Source of the DNA: an uncultured Bacillales bacterium
Lineage (GTDB): Bacteria > Bacillota_I > Bacilli_A > RF39 > UBA660
Assembly: GCA_946536225.1 (NCBI GenBank)
Contig: CAMNEE010000001.1
Location: 333,484 to 397,483 of the forward strand
DNA length: 64,000 bases
Reading direction: 5' to 3'
A program made the position numbers and the translations under genes. Every line of letters starts with the position of its first letter. Position 1 is the first letter of the stretch. A model generated the notes under the pieces. The model did not search any database. It worked only from the letters and a program-made list of their open reading frames with translations, and had not been told where the DNA came from. Below are positions 1-9,807 of this stretch, in pieces.

Positions 1-1560
1 ATGATGGTTACTTATATATTGTATATATTAAGAGATAGAAAAAAAACTAAGAATAAAGAAGTATATTATGGTGTTATGTTTGTAGTAATACTTCTAATAG
101 AAGCAATAGTTATTTCGGCGTTACCTAACGAATATCATATTAATGAATCTTTTATTGGATATGAAATATATGTAGATGGTGCAGGACCAACATTCTGTAG
201 TATTGTTTGTTATGTTGAAATAGTTATTGCACTTTTCTACATTGCTTTATGTAAAAATAAGAGTAAGAGATATGCATATATTTCTTGGTCAATACTAGCA
301 CTTGCATTTGGTATTGTAATACTTGCAAGATTTATTTATCCAGGTGTTACATTCCTTTTCTCGATTATTTCATATGGAACAATTATAATGTTCTTTATTG
401 TACAAAGTCCTGATGCTAGAAAAGTTAATCTTTTAAAAGATATAAAAGAGAATACTGATGAAATAAATAATAAAAAGATGGAATTCTTATCTAATATATC
501 TAAAGAGATGAGAACTGCATTACAACCTGTTGTAGTACTTAGTAATGATATTATTGATAATAGTTCTAATAAAGAATTAAAAGAAAACATGAATAATATT
601 CTTGAAGCAAGTTACTTACTTATGGATGTTACTAAGAATATACTTGATATAAACTTAATTGAAGATAGTTCTATAAAACTAAATGAAGTTCTATATGAGT
701 TTGAAAAAGAAATGCTTTTAACAACTAAAATGAGTTCTTCTTATATTAATAATAAACCAATTAATTTTATTATTGATATAGATAAAAATGTACCTTTTTA
801 TTTATATGGTGATGTAGTTAAAATAAAACAAATAATAAACAATTTATTATCAAATGCTTTTAAATATACTGAAAGTGGAAGTGTTACATTTACTGTTAGA
901 GCAAATACAGTTGATAATAAATGTACTTTAACTTTTGAAGTTAAAGATACTGGTATTGGTATTGAAGATACTTCAAGATTGTTTACTAAGTTTGATAGGA
1001 TGGATTTAGATAAGAATTCATCTATTAAAGGAACGGGATTAGGGTTAGTTATTACACGTAATTTAATTAATCAATTAGGTGGAGACTTAAAGGTTGAAAG
1101 TGTATATGGAAGTGGTTCTACATTTACATTTACAGTTACTCAAGGTGTAGGAAATTCATGTGAAGTATCTGATAATCCTAACTCAACAGTTAATCTTTTA
1201 GGTAAAAGAGCTATTATATGTGATAACAACAAGTTTAATTTAAATGCGTCTAAGAGATTCTTAGAAAAATATAATATAAGCCTAGTTACTTGCTTAAAAT
1301 CAGATATGATGTTTGATTTACTTGAAAAAGAAAAGTTTGATATTGTTTTTTATGAACCTTATTTAGATAGTAATGATCCTAAGTATGTCTTAAGAAAGGT
1401 TAAGAACTATGGAGATAATATTAAAGTTATTGCTTTAACTAGTGAAGTAATGAACCATGCTAGAGAAAAGTATTTATCTGAAGGTTTTGATGGTTATATA
1501 TTTAAACCTCTTATTAAAAATAATGTTAATAAAGAATTAAATGAAATATTTAAAGAATAG
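1..1560 (+). CDS. Hybrid sensor histidine kinase paralog, 5'-partial and degenerate (H-box His replaced by Lys; pseudo-receiver)
   Basis: The ORF runs from window position 1. Its TM segments and the 'MFFIVQSPD' motif align to residue ~205 of the two downstream kinases, so about 70 aa are missing upstream. The H-box reads 'FLSNISKEMRTALQP', with K where the paralogs have H ('SMSHEIRTPLNAI'). N, G1 and G2 boxes are intact ('NLLSNAFKYT', 'DTGIGI', 'GTGLGL'). The C-terminal receiver-like domain has 'IICDNN' and 'IVFYEPY', i.e. Glu in place of the phospho-Asp. Confidence 0.6.
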   Translation: MMVTYILYILRDRKKTKNKEVYYGVMFVVILLIEAIVISALPNEYHINESFIGYEIYVDGAGPTFCSIVCYVEIVIALFYIALCKNKSKRYAYISWSILALAFGIVILARFIYPGVTFLFSIISYGTIIMFFIVQSPDARKVNLLKDIKENTDEINNKKMEFLSNISKEMRTALQPVVVLSNDIIDNSSNKELKENMNNILEASYLLMDVTKNILDINLIEDSSIKLNEVLYEFEKEMLLTTKMSSSYINNKPINFIIDIDKNVPFYLYGDVVKIKQIINNLLSNAFKYTESGSVTFTVRANTVDNKCTLTFEVKDTGIGIEDTSRLFTKFDRMDLDKNSSIKGTGLGLVITRNLINQLGGDLKVESVYGSGSTFTFTVTQGVGNSCEVSDNPNSTVNLLGKRAIICDNNKFNLNASKRFLEKYNISLVTCLKSDMMFDLLEKEKFDIVFYEPYLDSNDPKYVLRKVKNYGDNIKVIALTSEVMNHAREKYLSEGFDGYIFKPLIKNNVNKELNEIFKE

Positions 1561-1578
1561 TTTTAACTATTCTTTTTA
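1555..1578 (+). terminator. Rho-independent terminator
   Basis: Stem gaatagtt / aactattc followed by a T-run, overlapping the stop codon. Confidence 0.5.
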
Positions 1579-1616
1579 TATTGATTTTTTTGTATAATTA
1601 ATTAAGGAGTGATAAT

Positions 1617-2714
1617 ATGGCAGATAACAGAGTTTTAGATTCAAAGTGTCCTAATTGTGGATCAGTAGTTAAATGGAATTCAGACCTTAATAAATTTAAA
1701 TGTGATTCATGTGGTTCTACTTTTGAATTAGATGACTTAAAGAAAAACAATAATGCAGCTAAGGATGAAAATAATAAAACAAGTGGCCCTGTTATTGAGG
1801 ACTTTAAAGATATAAAACTAGAGAAAATAAAAGAAGGAGAGATGGACTCTTACCATTGTGGTAATTGTGGTGCATCTATCATGACTACTCCTGAGACTGT
1901 AGCAACTAAGTGTCCTTATTGTAATAACACTGCTATATTAAAAGAAAAACTTGAAAGTGGAGTTTATCCAACTAAAGTTATACCTTTTAGTAAGAAAAAA
2001 GAAGATGCTGTTGAAGGTTTTTTAGAACTATCTAAAGGTAAATTATTTGCCCCTAAGAACTTTCATAATAGAGCACGTATTGCTGATGTATCAGCAGTTT
2101 ATGTTCCTTTTTGGTTATATGATATAGATGTTAATGGTAATATTACTTATGTTTCTAATGAAATACGTCATTGGTCTTCAGGTAATATTGCATATACTGA
2201 AACAAAAACATTTAATACCGTAGTAGGTGGTAATGTTTTATATAGTAAATTACCAGTTGATGGAAGTACTAAATTTGATGATGGTTTAATGGATTCAATT
2301 GAACCATTTAACTATGATCATATGGTTGATTATAATCATGCTTATTTATCTGGTTATTTAGCAGAGAAGTATGATGTAGAAGCAGAAGAAGCACTTAAAA
2401 GAGCGGTTACAAGAGTAAATAATACTACTGAAGATGAATTTAGAAAAAGAGTAAGACACGGAAGTGCTACAGTGGTTGCTAATAACTCTCATTATAGTAT
2501 TAAGAATTATAACTTTGTAATGTTACCTGTTTGGATGGTTAATATTGAGTTTGATGGTAAATTTTATACTTTTGCAATGAATGGAGACACTGGTAAAGTA
2601 GTTGGTAATATTCCTATTTCATGGGGTAGAGCAATTGGATTTTCTTTATTATTCTTTATAGTTGTTGCAGTGATAGTATTCTTAGTTTCATTCTTAATAG
2701 GAGGTGGAATTTAA
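1617..2714 (+). CDS. Zinc-ribbon protein with C-terminal transmembrane anchor
   Basis: Two pairs of CxxC...CxxC motifs ('CPNCGS...CDSCGS' and 'CGNCGAS...CPYCNN'). A C-terminal hydrophobic segment is present. An AGGAG RBS precedes the start. Confidence 0.5.
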   Translation: MADNRVLDSKCPNCGSVVKWNSDLNKFKCDSCGSTFELDDLKKNNNAAKDENNKTSGPVIEDFKDIKLEKIKEGEMDSYHCGNCGASIMTTPETVATKCPYCNNTAILKEKLESGVYPTKVIPFSKKKEDAVEGFLELSKGKLFAPKNFHNRARIADVSAVYVPFWLYDIDVNGNITYVSNEIRHWSSGNIAYTETKTFNTVVGGNVLYSKLPVDGSTKFDDGLMDSIEPFNYDHMVDYNHAYLSGYLAEKYDVEAEEALKRAVTRVNNTTEDEFRKRVRHGSATVVANNSHYSIKNYNFVMLPVWMVNIEFDGKFYTFAMNGDTGKVVGNIPISWGRAIGFSLLFFIVVAVIVFLVSFLIGGGI

Positions 2715-2715
2715 T

Positions 2716-3624
2716 ATGAAAAAAGTATTATTGTTTTTTATATGTTTAATTCTTCCTTTTAGTGTAAATGCTTCAGGTTATACATATCCAAGAACAGATG
2801 AAGACTTAAGAGTTAATAAAAATATACAAATTGATTATCAAATAATTGATGAGATTAAAAGAACACCATCTGTAAATGCAGATGAAAAAATATATGACTT
2901 TGCTGATCTTTTAACTGATGAAGAAGATAAAAAATTAGCAGAATTATTTAATAATTTTATTGATATATATCGTATGGATTTAGCACTTGTTACAATTAAT
3001 GAAAACCCTTATAGTATTCTTCCTAATTACTATACTAATCAAGACTATTATACAATGCGTTTTGCTGATGACTTCTATGACTATAATGACTTTGGTATAG
3101 GGGATACTTATGATGGTCTTGTTATAGTAGTAGATATGAGTAATAGATTTATTTGGATAAGTGGTACTGGAAGAGGTAAAGAAATATTTACTGATAGTAA
3201 AATAAATGGAATACTTGATTACTCTTATAAATATTTTAAAGGTGGAGACTATTATGGAGGAATATATGATACTGTTTTTCTTTTAAGTGAAGAGTTTGAT
3301 ATTTCATTAGAAGAACAACTTGGTATTAACTATGTTTCTTCAAGAGATAAAGCTAAGTATTATAGTTATTTAGCTATTACTTTAGTATTATCAATTATTT
3401 CAACAGTTATATTTACTTCTATAAATATAAGTAGATGTAAACAAGCTAAAATAGCTAGTAGTGCAAATAATTATTTGCATGTTAATGGAATTAATGTTAT
3501 AAATGACATTATGATTAATAAACGTGTTACTTCACATGTTATAAGTTCTTCTTCTGGAAGTGGTGGTGGAGGACACATTGGTGGAAGTGGAATTTCACAT
3601 TCAGGAGGAGGACATCATTTTTAA
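2716..3624 (+). CDS. TPM-domain (YgcG-like) membrane protein with Gly/His-rich C-terminal tail
   Basis: Signal peptide, then a TPM-like segment ('YDFADLLTDEEDKKLAELFNNFIDIYRMDLALVTIN'), a TM helix, and a tail 'SGSGGGGHIGGSGISHSGGGHHF'. The start is placed at ATG 2716, 8 nt after AGGAGGTGG; the ORF-track start at 2704 is GTG. Confidence 0.5.
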   Translation: MKKVLLFFICLILPFSVNASGYTYPRTDEDLRVNKNIQIDYQIIDEIKRTPSVNADEKIYDFADLLTDEEDKKLAELFNNFIDIYRMDLALVTINENPYSILPNYYTNQDYYTMRFADDFYDYNDFGIGDTYDGLVIVVDMSNRFIWISGTGRGKEIFTDSKINGILDYSYKYFKGGDYYGGIYDTVFLLSEEFDISLEEQLGINYVSSRDKAKYYSYLAITLVLSIISTVIFTSINISRCKQAKIASSANNYLHVNGINVINDIMINKRVTSHVISSSSGSGGGGHIGGSGISHSGGGHHF

Positions 3625-4271
3625 TGAGAAAAGTTATTCTATTTGATTGGGGCGGAGTAGTAGAGACATCTTATATGGAATACTCAACTATAAGAGATAT
3701 TATGTATTCTCTTGGATTTACAAATGTAGATGAAGAGTTAATATATGAAAAATTTCATGTTAATCCTGGTACTTCTTTGTTTGATACTTTAACTAATGAA
3801 GAAGATTATAATAAAACATTAAAGGAATTTTTGAAAGTTTTCTCAGGAGATATTGAAGTAACCGATGAGATAGTAGAAAAGTATAAAGAAATGTATATAT
3901 CTATTATGGTTAATAATCCTTATTATTCTGATGTGTCGGAGTTTGCTCAATCTTTAAAGGATAGATGTGAAGTAGGAATACTTTCTAATGTTCAATTAAT
4001 TGATAAAAAAAGACAAAATAAACATCTTAATTATGATAGTTTTAAATATGTATTCTTATCATGTGATCTTGGAATTGCTAAACCTGGTAAAGAAATTTTC
4101 CTTTACGCAAAAGAAAAAATCGGGGATGCAGATATTTTATTCTTAGATGATAATGAAATTAATTTAAAAGTTCCAAGAGAAATGGGATGGAAGACATACC
4201 TAGTTAATAAAGGTGGAGACATAGATAATATTAAAAGAGTTTGTAATGAGTTTTTAGGTGGTGAAGAATAA
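3624..4271 (+). CDS. HAD-superfamily hydrolase
   Basis: N-terminal 'ILFDWGGVV' is a HAD motif-I-like sequence. Size is 215 aa. Confidence 0.5.
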   Translation: MRKVILFDWGGVVETSYMEYSTIRDIMYSLGFTNVDEELIYEKFHVNPGTSLFDTLTNEEDYNKTLKEFLKVFSGDIEVTDEIVEKYKEMYISIMVNNPYYSDVSEFAQSLKDRCEVGILSNVQLIDKKRQNKHLNYDSFKYVFLSCDLGIAKPGKEIFLYAKEKIGDADILFLDDNEINLKVPREMGWKTYLVNKGGDIDNIKRVCNEFLGGEE

Positions 4272-5483
4272 ATGAAGAAAATAGTTATTATTGGAGGAGG
4301 TCCAGCTGGACTAACAGCTGCTATTAATGCATCGAGTGATAACAATGATGTAATAATACTTGAACGTAATAGTGAAGTGGGTAAAAAGTTACTTTTAACA
4401 GGAAATGGTAGATGTAATTATTTTAATGAAAATATTGATAGTAGTTATTATTACTCTAATAATGATGATATTCTTCCATCTATTTTTACAGAAAAAAATA
4501 TAATGTTAGTGCATAAATTCTTTAAAGAATTATGCATTGAAACAAAAGTAAAAAATGGATATATGTATCCATTTTCTAATAAAGCTTCTACTATTCGTAA
4601 TGCTCTTTTAGAAGAAGCAACAAGACGTGGAGTAGAAGTGCGTTATAACTATGATGTAAGAGAGATTAGTTATAAAGATAACAAATATATTATTAATAGA
4701 TCAATTGAATGTGATTATTTAGTAATTGCCTGCGGAGGTAAGAGTTTTCCAAGAACTGGTTCAACTGGAGATGGAGAGATTTTTGCGAATAATTTATCTC
4801 TTAATTTTGTACCTCTTTTTCCAAGTCTTGTTAAGATGCACTCTAAGTTAAAGACAGATGTGTGGGCTGGAGTTAGAAGTGATGCAGAAGTATCTTTATT
4901 TGTAGATAATAAATTGGTAAAAAAAGAAGCCGGGGAAGTGCAACTTACTAAAGATGGTATATCAGGTATATGTGTATTTAATATTTCAAGAGATGCTGTG
5001 ATTGGTTTATCTAGAAATAGAAGTGTAGTAGTATTTATTAACTTTTTACCATTTATTAACTTTGATGAATGTATTAGTTACTTAGATAATAAAGCAAAAC
5101 TAACTGATACTATTACAGTATCTAGTTTCTTAAGTCGTATATTAAATGAAAAATTAGTTAAAACTATATTAGTTGAGTCAAGCATTAAAGAAACTAAGAT
5201 ATATCAAGATTTGAGTTACGAAGAAAAAGTAAACTTAGCTCGTAACCTATGTAAGTTTAAACTTGTAATAACAAGTACAGATGATTTTGAAACAGCTGAA
5301 GTTACAAGTGGAGGTATATCTTTATTAGAAGTAGATACAAATACTTTTGAAATTAGCAGATACCCAGGTCTATATGTTGTAGGAGAAGCATTAGATGTAG
5401 ATGGCATATGTGGTGGATATAATTTAGGTTTTGCTTGGATTTCAGGTATACTTGCCGGAGAGAATATTAGGAGTAAATCGTGA
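4272..5483 (+). CDS. BaiN/HI0933 (YhiN)-family FAD-dependent flavoprotein
   Basis: Rossmann motif 'IVIIGGGPAGLTAAI'. Length 403 aa, and 'GRCNYFN' and 'GGKSFPRTGSTGDG' are typical of the family. Confidence 0.65.
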   Translation: MKKIVIIGGGPAGLTAAINASSDNNDVIILERNSEVGKKLLLTGNGRCNYFNENIDSSYYYSNNDDILPSIFTEKNIMLVHKFFKELCIETKVKNGYMYPFSNKASTIRNALLEEATRRGVEVRYNYDVREISYKDNKYIINRSIECDYLVIACGGKSFPRTGSTGDGEIFANNLSLNFVPLFPSLVKMHSKLKTDVWAGVRSDAEVSLFVDNKLVKKEAGEVQLTKDGISGICVFNISRDAVIGLSRNRSVVVFINFLPFINFDECISYLDNKAKLTDTITVSSFLSRILNEKLVKTILVESSIKETKIYQDLSYEEKVNLARNLCKFKLVITSTDDFETAEVTSGGISLLEVDTNTFEISRYPGLYVVGEALDVDGICGGYNLGFAWISGILAGENIRSKS

Positions 5484-7039
5484 TACGTATACGTAATATA
5501 AAAGTTGATATAACAACAAATAATTTAGAAAAAAGAATAGCTAAGTTACTTACTACTAATACTTTTAATTATAAAATAGTTAAAAAAAGTATAGATGCTA
5601 GACATAAGAATGATATTAAATATATTTATACTGTTGATGTAGATGTAGATATAAACCAAGTTAAAAGAAAAAGTGAAGATATAACTCTTACACCTCATGA
5701 AGAATACACTTATGAAGTATGTGGTAATACTAAACTTGGAAATAGACCAATTGTTGTTGGAATGGGTCCAGCTGGTTTATTTACGGCATATCTTCTTTCT
5801 TTAAATGGATTTAATCCAATTGTAATTGATCGTGGTGAAGAAGTAGAAAAACGTGTTAAAACTATTGAAGAGTTCTGGGAAAATAACGAATTAAATGAAA
5901 ACTCAAATGTTCAATTTGGTGAAGGTGGAGCAGGAACATTTTCAGATGGTAAACTTAATACTTTAGTAAATGATAAAGAATTTAGAAAAAAGTTTATTTT
6001 AGAAACTTTTGTTAAATTCGGGGCTAATGAGGATATATTATATGATTCACATCCTCATATAGGAACTGACGTTTTAAGAAAAGTTGTTAAGAATATGCGT
6101 CTTGCTATGATAGACATTGGTGCAGAGTTTAGATTTAATACTTTGCTTACTAATATAAATGTTAGTGATAATAAAATAACTTCTATTGAAGTAAATAATA
6201 AAGAGATAATACCTACTGATGTATTATTTTTACATATAGGACACTCAGCAAGAGATACATTTAAAATGCTTGAGTGTGTTGGTATAAAAATGATGCCAAA
6301 ACCATTTGCTGTTGGTGTAAGAGTAATACATAATGAAGAAGATATATCTAAAGCTATGTATGGAGATGCTTATAAACACTTAGAACCTGCAAGTTATAAA
6401 CTTACATATACTACTAAAGATGGAAGAGGAGTATATTCATTCTGTATGTGTCCAGGTGGATATGTAGTAAATGCTTCAAGTGAAAAAGGAAGACTTGCTA
6501 TAAATGGAATGAGTAATAATAAAAGAGACTCAGGTGCATCTAATTCAGCAGTTGTTGTAACTGTAGATAAACGTGACTTTGGAGAAAATTTATTTGGTGG
6601 TTTAGAGTTTCAAAGAAAACTAGAGAAAGTTGCATTTATTCATGGTAAAGGATTAATTCCTCTTCAAAGGTATGAAGACTTTGTTAATAATGAAGTAAGT
6701 ACAAGAATAGGTAGAATAAATGCTATAACAAAGGGAAAGTTTACTTTTGCTAATTTAAATCAAGTACTTCCTTCATTTATAAGTAACTCTATTAAAGAAG
6801 CAATGCCTTATTTTAATACTAAGATAAAAGGTTATAGTGATCCTGATACTTTAATGTTAGCTATAGAATCTAGAACAAGTTCTCCAATTAAAATGGAAAG
6901 AAATGAAGCACTTATTAGTAATATAGATGGTATATTTGTAGGTGGAGAAGGAGCAGGATATGCAGGAGGTATTACTACTGCAGCTATGGATGGTTTAAAG
7001 TGTGCAGAAAGCTTCTTAAAAATATATAAGAAAAATTAA
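5480..7039 (+). CDS. FAD-dependent oxidoreductase (COG2509-like NAD(FAD)-utilizing dehydrogenase)
   Basis: Dinucleotide-binding motif 'IVVGMGPAGLFTAYLL'. GTG start 6 nt after AGGAG, overlapping the upstream stop (GTGA). Confidence 0.55.
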   Translation: MIRIRNIKVDITTNNLEKRIAKLLTTNTFNYKIVKKSIDARHKNDIKYIYTVDVDVDINQVKRKSEDITLTPHEEYTYEVCGNTKLGNRPIVVGMGPAGLFTAYLLSLNGFNPIVIDRGEEVEKRVKTIEEFWENNELNENSNVQFGEGGAGTFSDGKLNTLVNDKEFRKKFILETFVKFGANEDILYDSHPHIGTDVLRKVVKNMRLAMIDIGAEFRFNTLLTNINVSDNKITSIEVNNKEIIPTDVLFLHIGHSARDTFKMLECVGIKMMPKPFAVGVRVIHNEEDISKAMYGDAYKHLEPASYKLTYTTKDGRGVYSFCMCPGGYVVNASSEKGRLAINGMSNNKRDSGASNSAVVVTVDKRDFGENLFGGLEFQRKLEKVAFIHGKGLIPLQRYEDFVNNEVSTRIGRINAITKGKFTFANLNQVLPSFISNSIKEAMPYFNTKIKGYSDPDTLMLAIESRTSSPIKMERNEALISNIDGIFVGGEGAGYAGGITTAAMDGLKCAESFLKIYKKN

Positions 7040-7070
7040 AAGAATAGATTTGTTAATCTATTCTTTTTTC
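7040..7070 (+). terminator. Rho-independent terminator
   Basis: aagaatagatt-tgtt-aatctattctt followed by a T-run. Confidence 0.6.
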
Positions 7071-7119
7071 TTTTCAAAAACAAAATAAATATACTATAAT
7101 GTTACTAGAGGGTGATGAT

Positions 7120-7497
7120 ATGGTAAATGGAACATTTTTATTCGTTGGATATAGACATTTTATAAAGAGTAATACTGTATCTAATAGTTATCTAAAACTT
7201 GATAATGAAGATACAACTGATATATATTTAATTTCTTCTGCTAAAGTAGAAGAGTTTGAAAAAAATAATAATGTAATAAAGTTAGATGAAGAAGTATTTA
7301 ATAGACTTCAAAGTACTAGAGTTATACAAAATAATAAAAAGGATATTTTACAAGTTCACATAGAACTTCCTGATAATATTAAACGTGGTATAAAATATGA
7401 TTATGATTATATGACTAAAGAATTTAGTTTAAGCGCAAAAGAAGCATCTAATTACATAAAAGACGATTATAAAGAAAGGAGTAAGAAAAGAATATGA
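7120..7497 (+). CDS. Hypothetical protein (first gene of a translationally coupled pair)
   Basis: ORF with RBS 'agagggtga' 5 nt upstream of ATG 7120. The track start at 7099 overlaps the -10 TATAAT (7095-7100). No recognisable motifs. Confidence 0.4.
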   Translation: MVNGTFLFVGYRHFIKSNTVSNSYLKLDNEDTTDIYLISSAKVEEFEKNNNVIKLDEEVFNRLQSTRVIQNNKKDILQVHIELPDNIKRGIKYDYDYMTKEFSLSAKEASNYIKDDYKERSKKRI

Positions 7498-8180
7498 AAG
7501 AATGGATTAGATTTAATAAGGGGAGTAACCCAATAGACTTACTTAATGTTGTTAAAGACAATAATGTATGGAATTTAACACGTGAGGAATTCTATAATGT
7601 ACTTGATAAGAATGATGTATTATTCTTCCTTGTAGACAAGGAAGTTAAATTAATGATCTATGTAAATGGTATTAAAGTAACTGGTGTATTTGGATTTGGA
7701 GAAAATGCAAATGTCGAGGATGAATATTTAAATGACTTAAAACAAAAGTTAATGAATTTTAAAGATAATAGAGAATATATGGAAAAAGTTAATAACTTAA
7801 TTAGCTTTGCTCCAATTTATAAAAAGTTTAAAAATGATGAAGAATTAACTAAGAGTGATTTAGAAATAGTTTATCAAGTTAAAAAAGAATTAAAAGCATT
7901 CACAGGTGTTACCGAAGAAAAGATGAATGAAATAATTGATGCAAGAAATGCTTATGGAGACTTAGCAGAAATATTTGGAGTTGAGGTAAGTGAAGTTGCA
8001 TTAAATATTGATGAAGTAAATGAAGATACAAAAGTACTTAAAGGTAATTTATCAGTATTCACTGATAATGTAGATGATTATAAATCAATAGAATATGTAA
8101 TTGGTCATGTTTATCTTGAAAGTAAAAAATTAAAAACAATTATTCATATTAAGTCTGCTTGGACTATTGAAGAATTATAA
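7494..8180 (+). CDS. Hypothetical protein
   Basis: ATGA overlap with the upstream ORF. 228 aa with no recognisable motif. Confidence 0.4.
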   Translation: MKEWIRFNKGSNPIDLLNVVKDNNVWNLTREEFYNVLDKNDVLFFLVDKEVKLMIYVNGIKVTGVFGFGENANVEDEYLNDLKQKLMNFKDNREYMEKVNNLISFAPIYKKFKNDEELTKSDLEIVYQVKKELKAFTGVTEEKMNEIIDARNAYGDLAEIFGVEVSEVALNIDEVNEDTKVLKGNLSVFTDNVDDYKSIEYVIGHVYLESKKLKTIIHIKSAWTIEEL

Positions 8181-8184
8181 TAAT

Positions 8185-8212
8185 AAAAGCAAAAATATTT
8201 TTGCTTTTTTAT
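8185..8212 (+). terminator. Rho-independent terminator
   Basis: aaaagcaaaaat / atttttgctttt hairpin followed by T-run. Confidence 0.6.
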
Positions 8213-8261
8213 TTTAATTTAATTTATTAATAGTTATAATAAATATAAAGGATGTGAACAT

Positions 8262-8801
8262 ATGAAAGCATTAAAGAATATTTGCTGTGTTTTATTATTA
8301 GTGTTTTTTCTTTTTCTTTCATATTTTATATCTGCTCATTATGACTTTTTATCTGATAAGTTTGTTTTCTATAATGAGAAAACAAATAAGATATCTAGTT
8401 TTGATATAAATAATCTTAATTCTAAATATGTTAGTAAAATAGATTTTATAATTGTTGATAAAGATCTAGTAGATGTACCTAAGATTAGATTTGGTAATAT
8501 ATTTAGTACTAGATATAAGTTTTATAGAATATGTGGTTATTTTGCATTTACATCCCTATTAATTGCTTATGTCATTATGTATTTAATATTATCTAAATTA
8601 AACAAACTCTCTGGTTATGAAGTATTCTCTAATAATGATACATTTGTAATATTTTTAATGACTTCTATTATAATTGCTTTCTTTATTACAGCTAGTCAAA
8701 TACATATATATGATGCTTTTTATTTAAATAACAATGATGTTTATCAATATAGAGTTCAAGTATATGATTCTTCTAAGTATTTACTAGATGAAGAAGAATA
8801 A
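8262..8801 (+). CDS. Hypothetical multi-pass membrane protein
   Basis: Several hydrophobic segments. RBS 'aaaggatgtga'. Confidence 0.4.
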   Translation: MKALKNICCVLLLVFFLFLSYFISAHYDFLSDKFVFYNEKTNKISSFDINNLNSKYVSKIDFIIVDKDLVDVPKIRFGNIFSTRYKFYRICGYFAFTSLLIAYVIMYLILSKLNKLSGYEVFSNNDTFVIFLMTSIIIAFFITASQIHIYDAFYLNNNDVYQYRVQVYDSSKYLLDEEE

Positions 8802-8867
8802 AAATAACTTGTAAAAGCGGGTACAATTTGTTATAATGTGTCTTGACGCAAAGGAGTGAAAAAACAA

Positions 8868-9017
8868 ATGAGAACTTATAAAAAGAATTTACCAGATGGA
8901 GTTAAATCTATGTTTGGATTTGATCGTGGAGTAAAAGTAAAATTCATAAACAAAAAAATGGCTGACGCAAAGAAGAAAAAAGAAGCAGCTAAAAAAGCAG
9001 CAAAAGCATCTAAGTAA
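8868..9017 (+). CDS. Small basic protein (49 aa) with Lys/Ala-rich C-terminal tail; not in ORF track
   Basis: Extended -10 TGnTATAAT at 8829-8837 and RBS AAGGAG at 8852-8857. ATG at 8868 and TAA at 9015-9017. Sequence 'MRTYKKNLPDGVKSMFGFDRGVKVKFINKKMADAKKKKEAAKKAAKASK'. Confidence 0.4.
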   Translation: MRTYKKNLPDGVKSMFGFDRGVKVKFINKKMADAKKKKEAAKKAAKASK

Positions 9018-9049
9018 TTAGGTGTTTTTATTGTTTATAAGGAGTATTT

Positions 9050-9610
9050 ATGTTAAATGAGAAAATGATTAGTTTATTACCTTTTGAAACTGAAAGACTT
9101 ATTATTAAACCTACATCTATTGATGATATAGAGTTGATACTTAAGATGGATAAACAAGAAGATACTCAAAGGTATTTAGGTGGTATTAAGAATAAGACTA
9201 GAGAAGAAAGAATTGCTTTTTTAGAAAAGAAAAATAGTAAGTTTAAAGATGGTCATGCTGGATCTTTAACAGTTTATTTGAAAGATGGTACACCAATAGG
9301 TTTTACTGGTTTATCAATTGATGAAGATAATAACAATGCATCAATATCTTATATCTTCGATAGTGATTATACAGGTAAAGGTTATGCAAGTGAAGCTTGT
9401 AGAAAACTACTAAGTATAGGGTTTGATGAGTTAGGCTTAAATAAAATATATGCTGATGTCATCAGTGATAATAATAGATCTAAAGTACTTTTAGAAAGAC
9501 TAGGGTTTACTCTTGAAGGAGTAAGAAGAGAAGCAGCTTATATTAAAAATACTAATGAATATAAAGACTTCCTAGATTATGGATTATTGAAAAAAGAATA
9601 TAAAAAGTAG
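9050..9610 (+). CDS. GNAT-family N-acetyltransferase (RimJ/RimL-like)
   Basis: Motif 'YTGKGYASEACRKLL' resembles the acetyl-CoA-binding signature. 186 aa. Terminator hairpin aggtca-tt-tgacct at 9607-9627. Confidence 0.6.
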   Translation: MLNEKMISLLPFETERLIIKPTSIDDIELILKMDKQEDTQRYLGGIKNKTREERIAFLEKKNSKFKDGHAGSLTVYLKDGTPIGFTGLSIDEDNNNASISYIFDSDYTGKGYASEACRKLLSIGFDELGLNKIYADVISDNNRSKVLLERLGFTLEGVRREAAYIKNTNEYKDFLDYGLLKKEYKK

Positions 9611-9706
9611 GTCATTTGACCTATTTTTTATGTGTTTTAGTAATTTTACAAAAATAATATACCTACAAGCCTAGGTGAAAACGCCATCTGTGAGAGCTTT
9701 GCATTT

Positions 9707-9735
9707 TTGACAATTAATTGCTTAAGTGATATGAT
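9707..9735 (+). promoter_or_regulatory. Near-consensus sigma-A promoter (TTGACA-17-TATGAT) for the AMP-binding enzyme gene
   Basis: TTGACA at 9707-9712, 17-nt spacer, TATGAT at 9730-9735. The leader to ATG 9808 is about 65 nt. Confidence 0.55.
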
Positions 9736-9807
9736 AATCGCAATTCAAGGAAAGATATTGAAGTAAAATATTGTAATTTATTTATATTAAAGAGGGGGAA
9801 TTATAAT

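Noticed and set aside
336-590. Short minus-strand ORFs nested inside long plus-strand genes (336-590, 4103-4345, 5216-5407, 11751-11963, 15891-16220, 16263-16499, 17384-17602, 18283-18549, 26384-26572, 29153-29347, 29972-30240, 30571-30891, 35232-35582, 39921-40302, 42766-43032, 43433-43777, 44543-44785, 46095-46307, 57268-57489, 61371-61817)
   Set aside because: Each lies entirely antisense to a well-supported gene. They have low-complexity, AT-driven amino-acid composition and no RBS. These are typical spurious ORFs in a ~28% GC genome.
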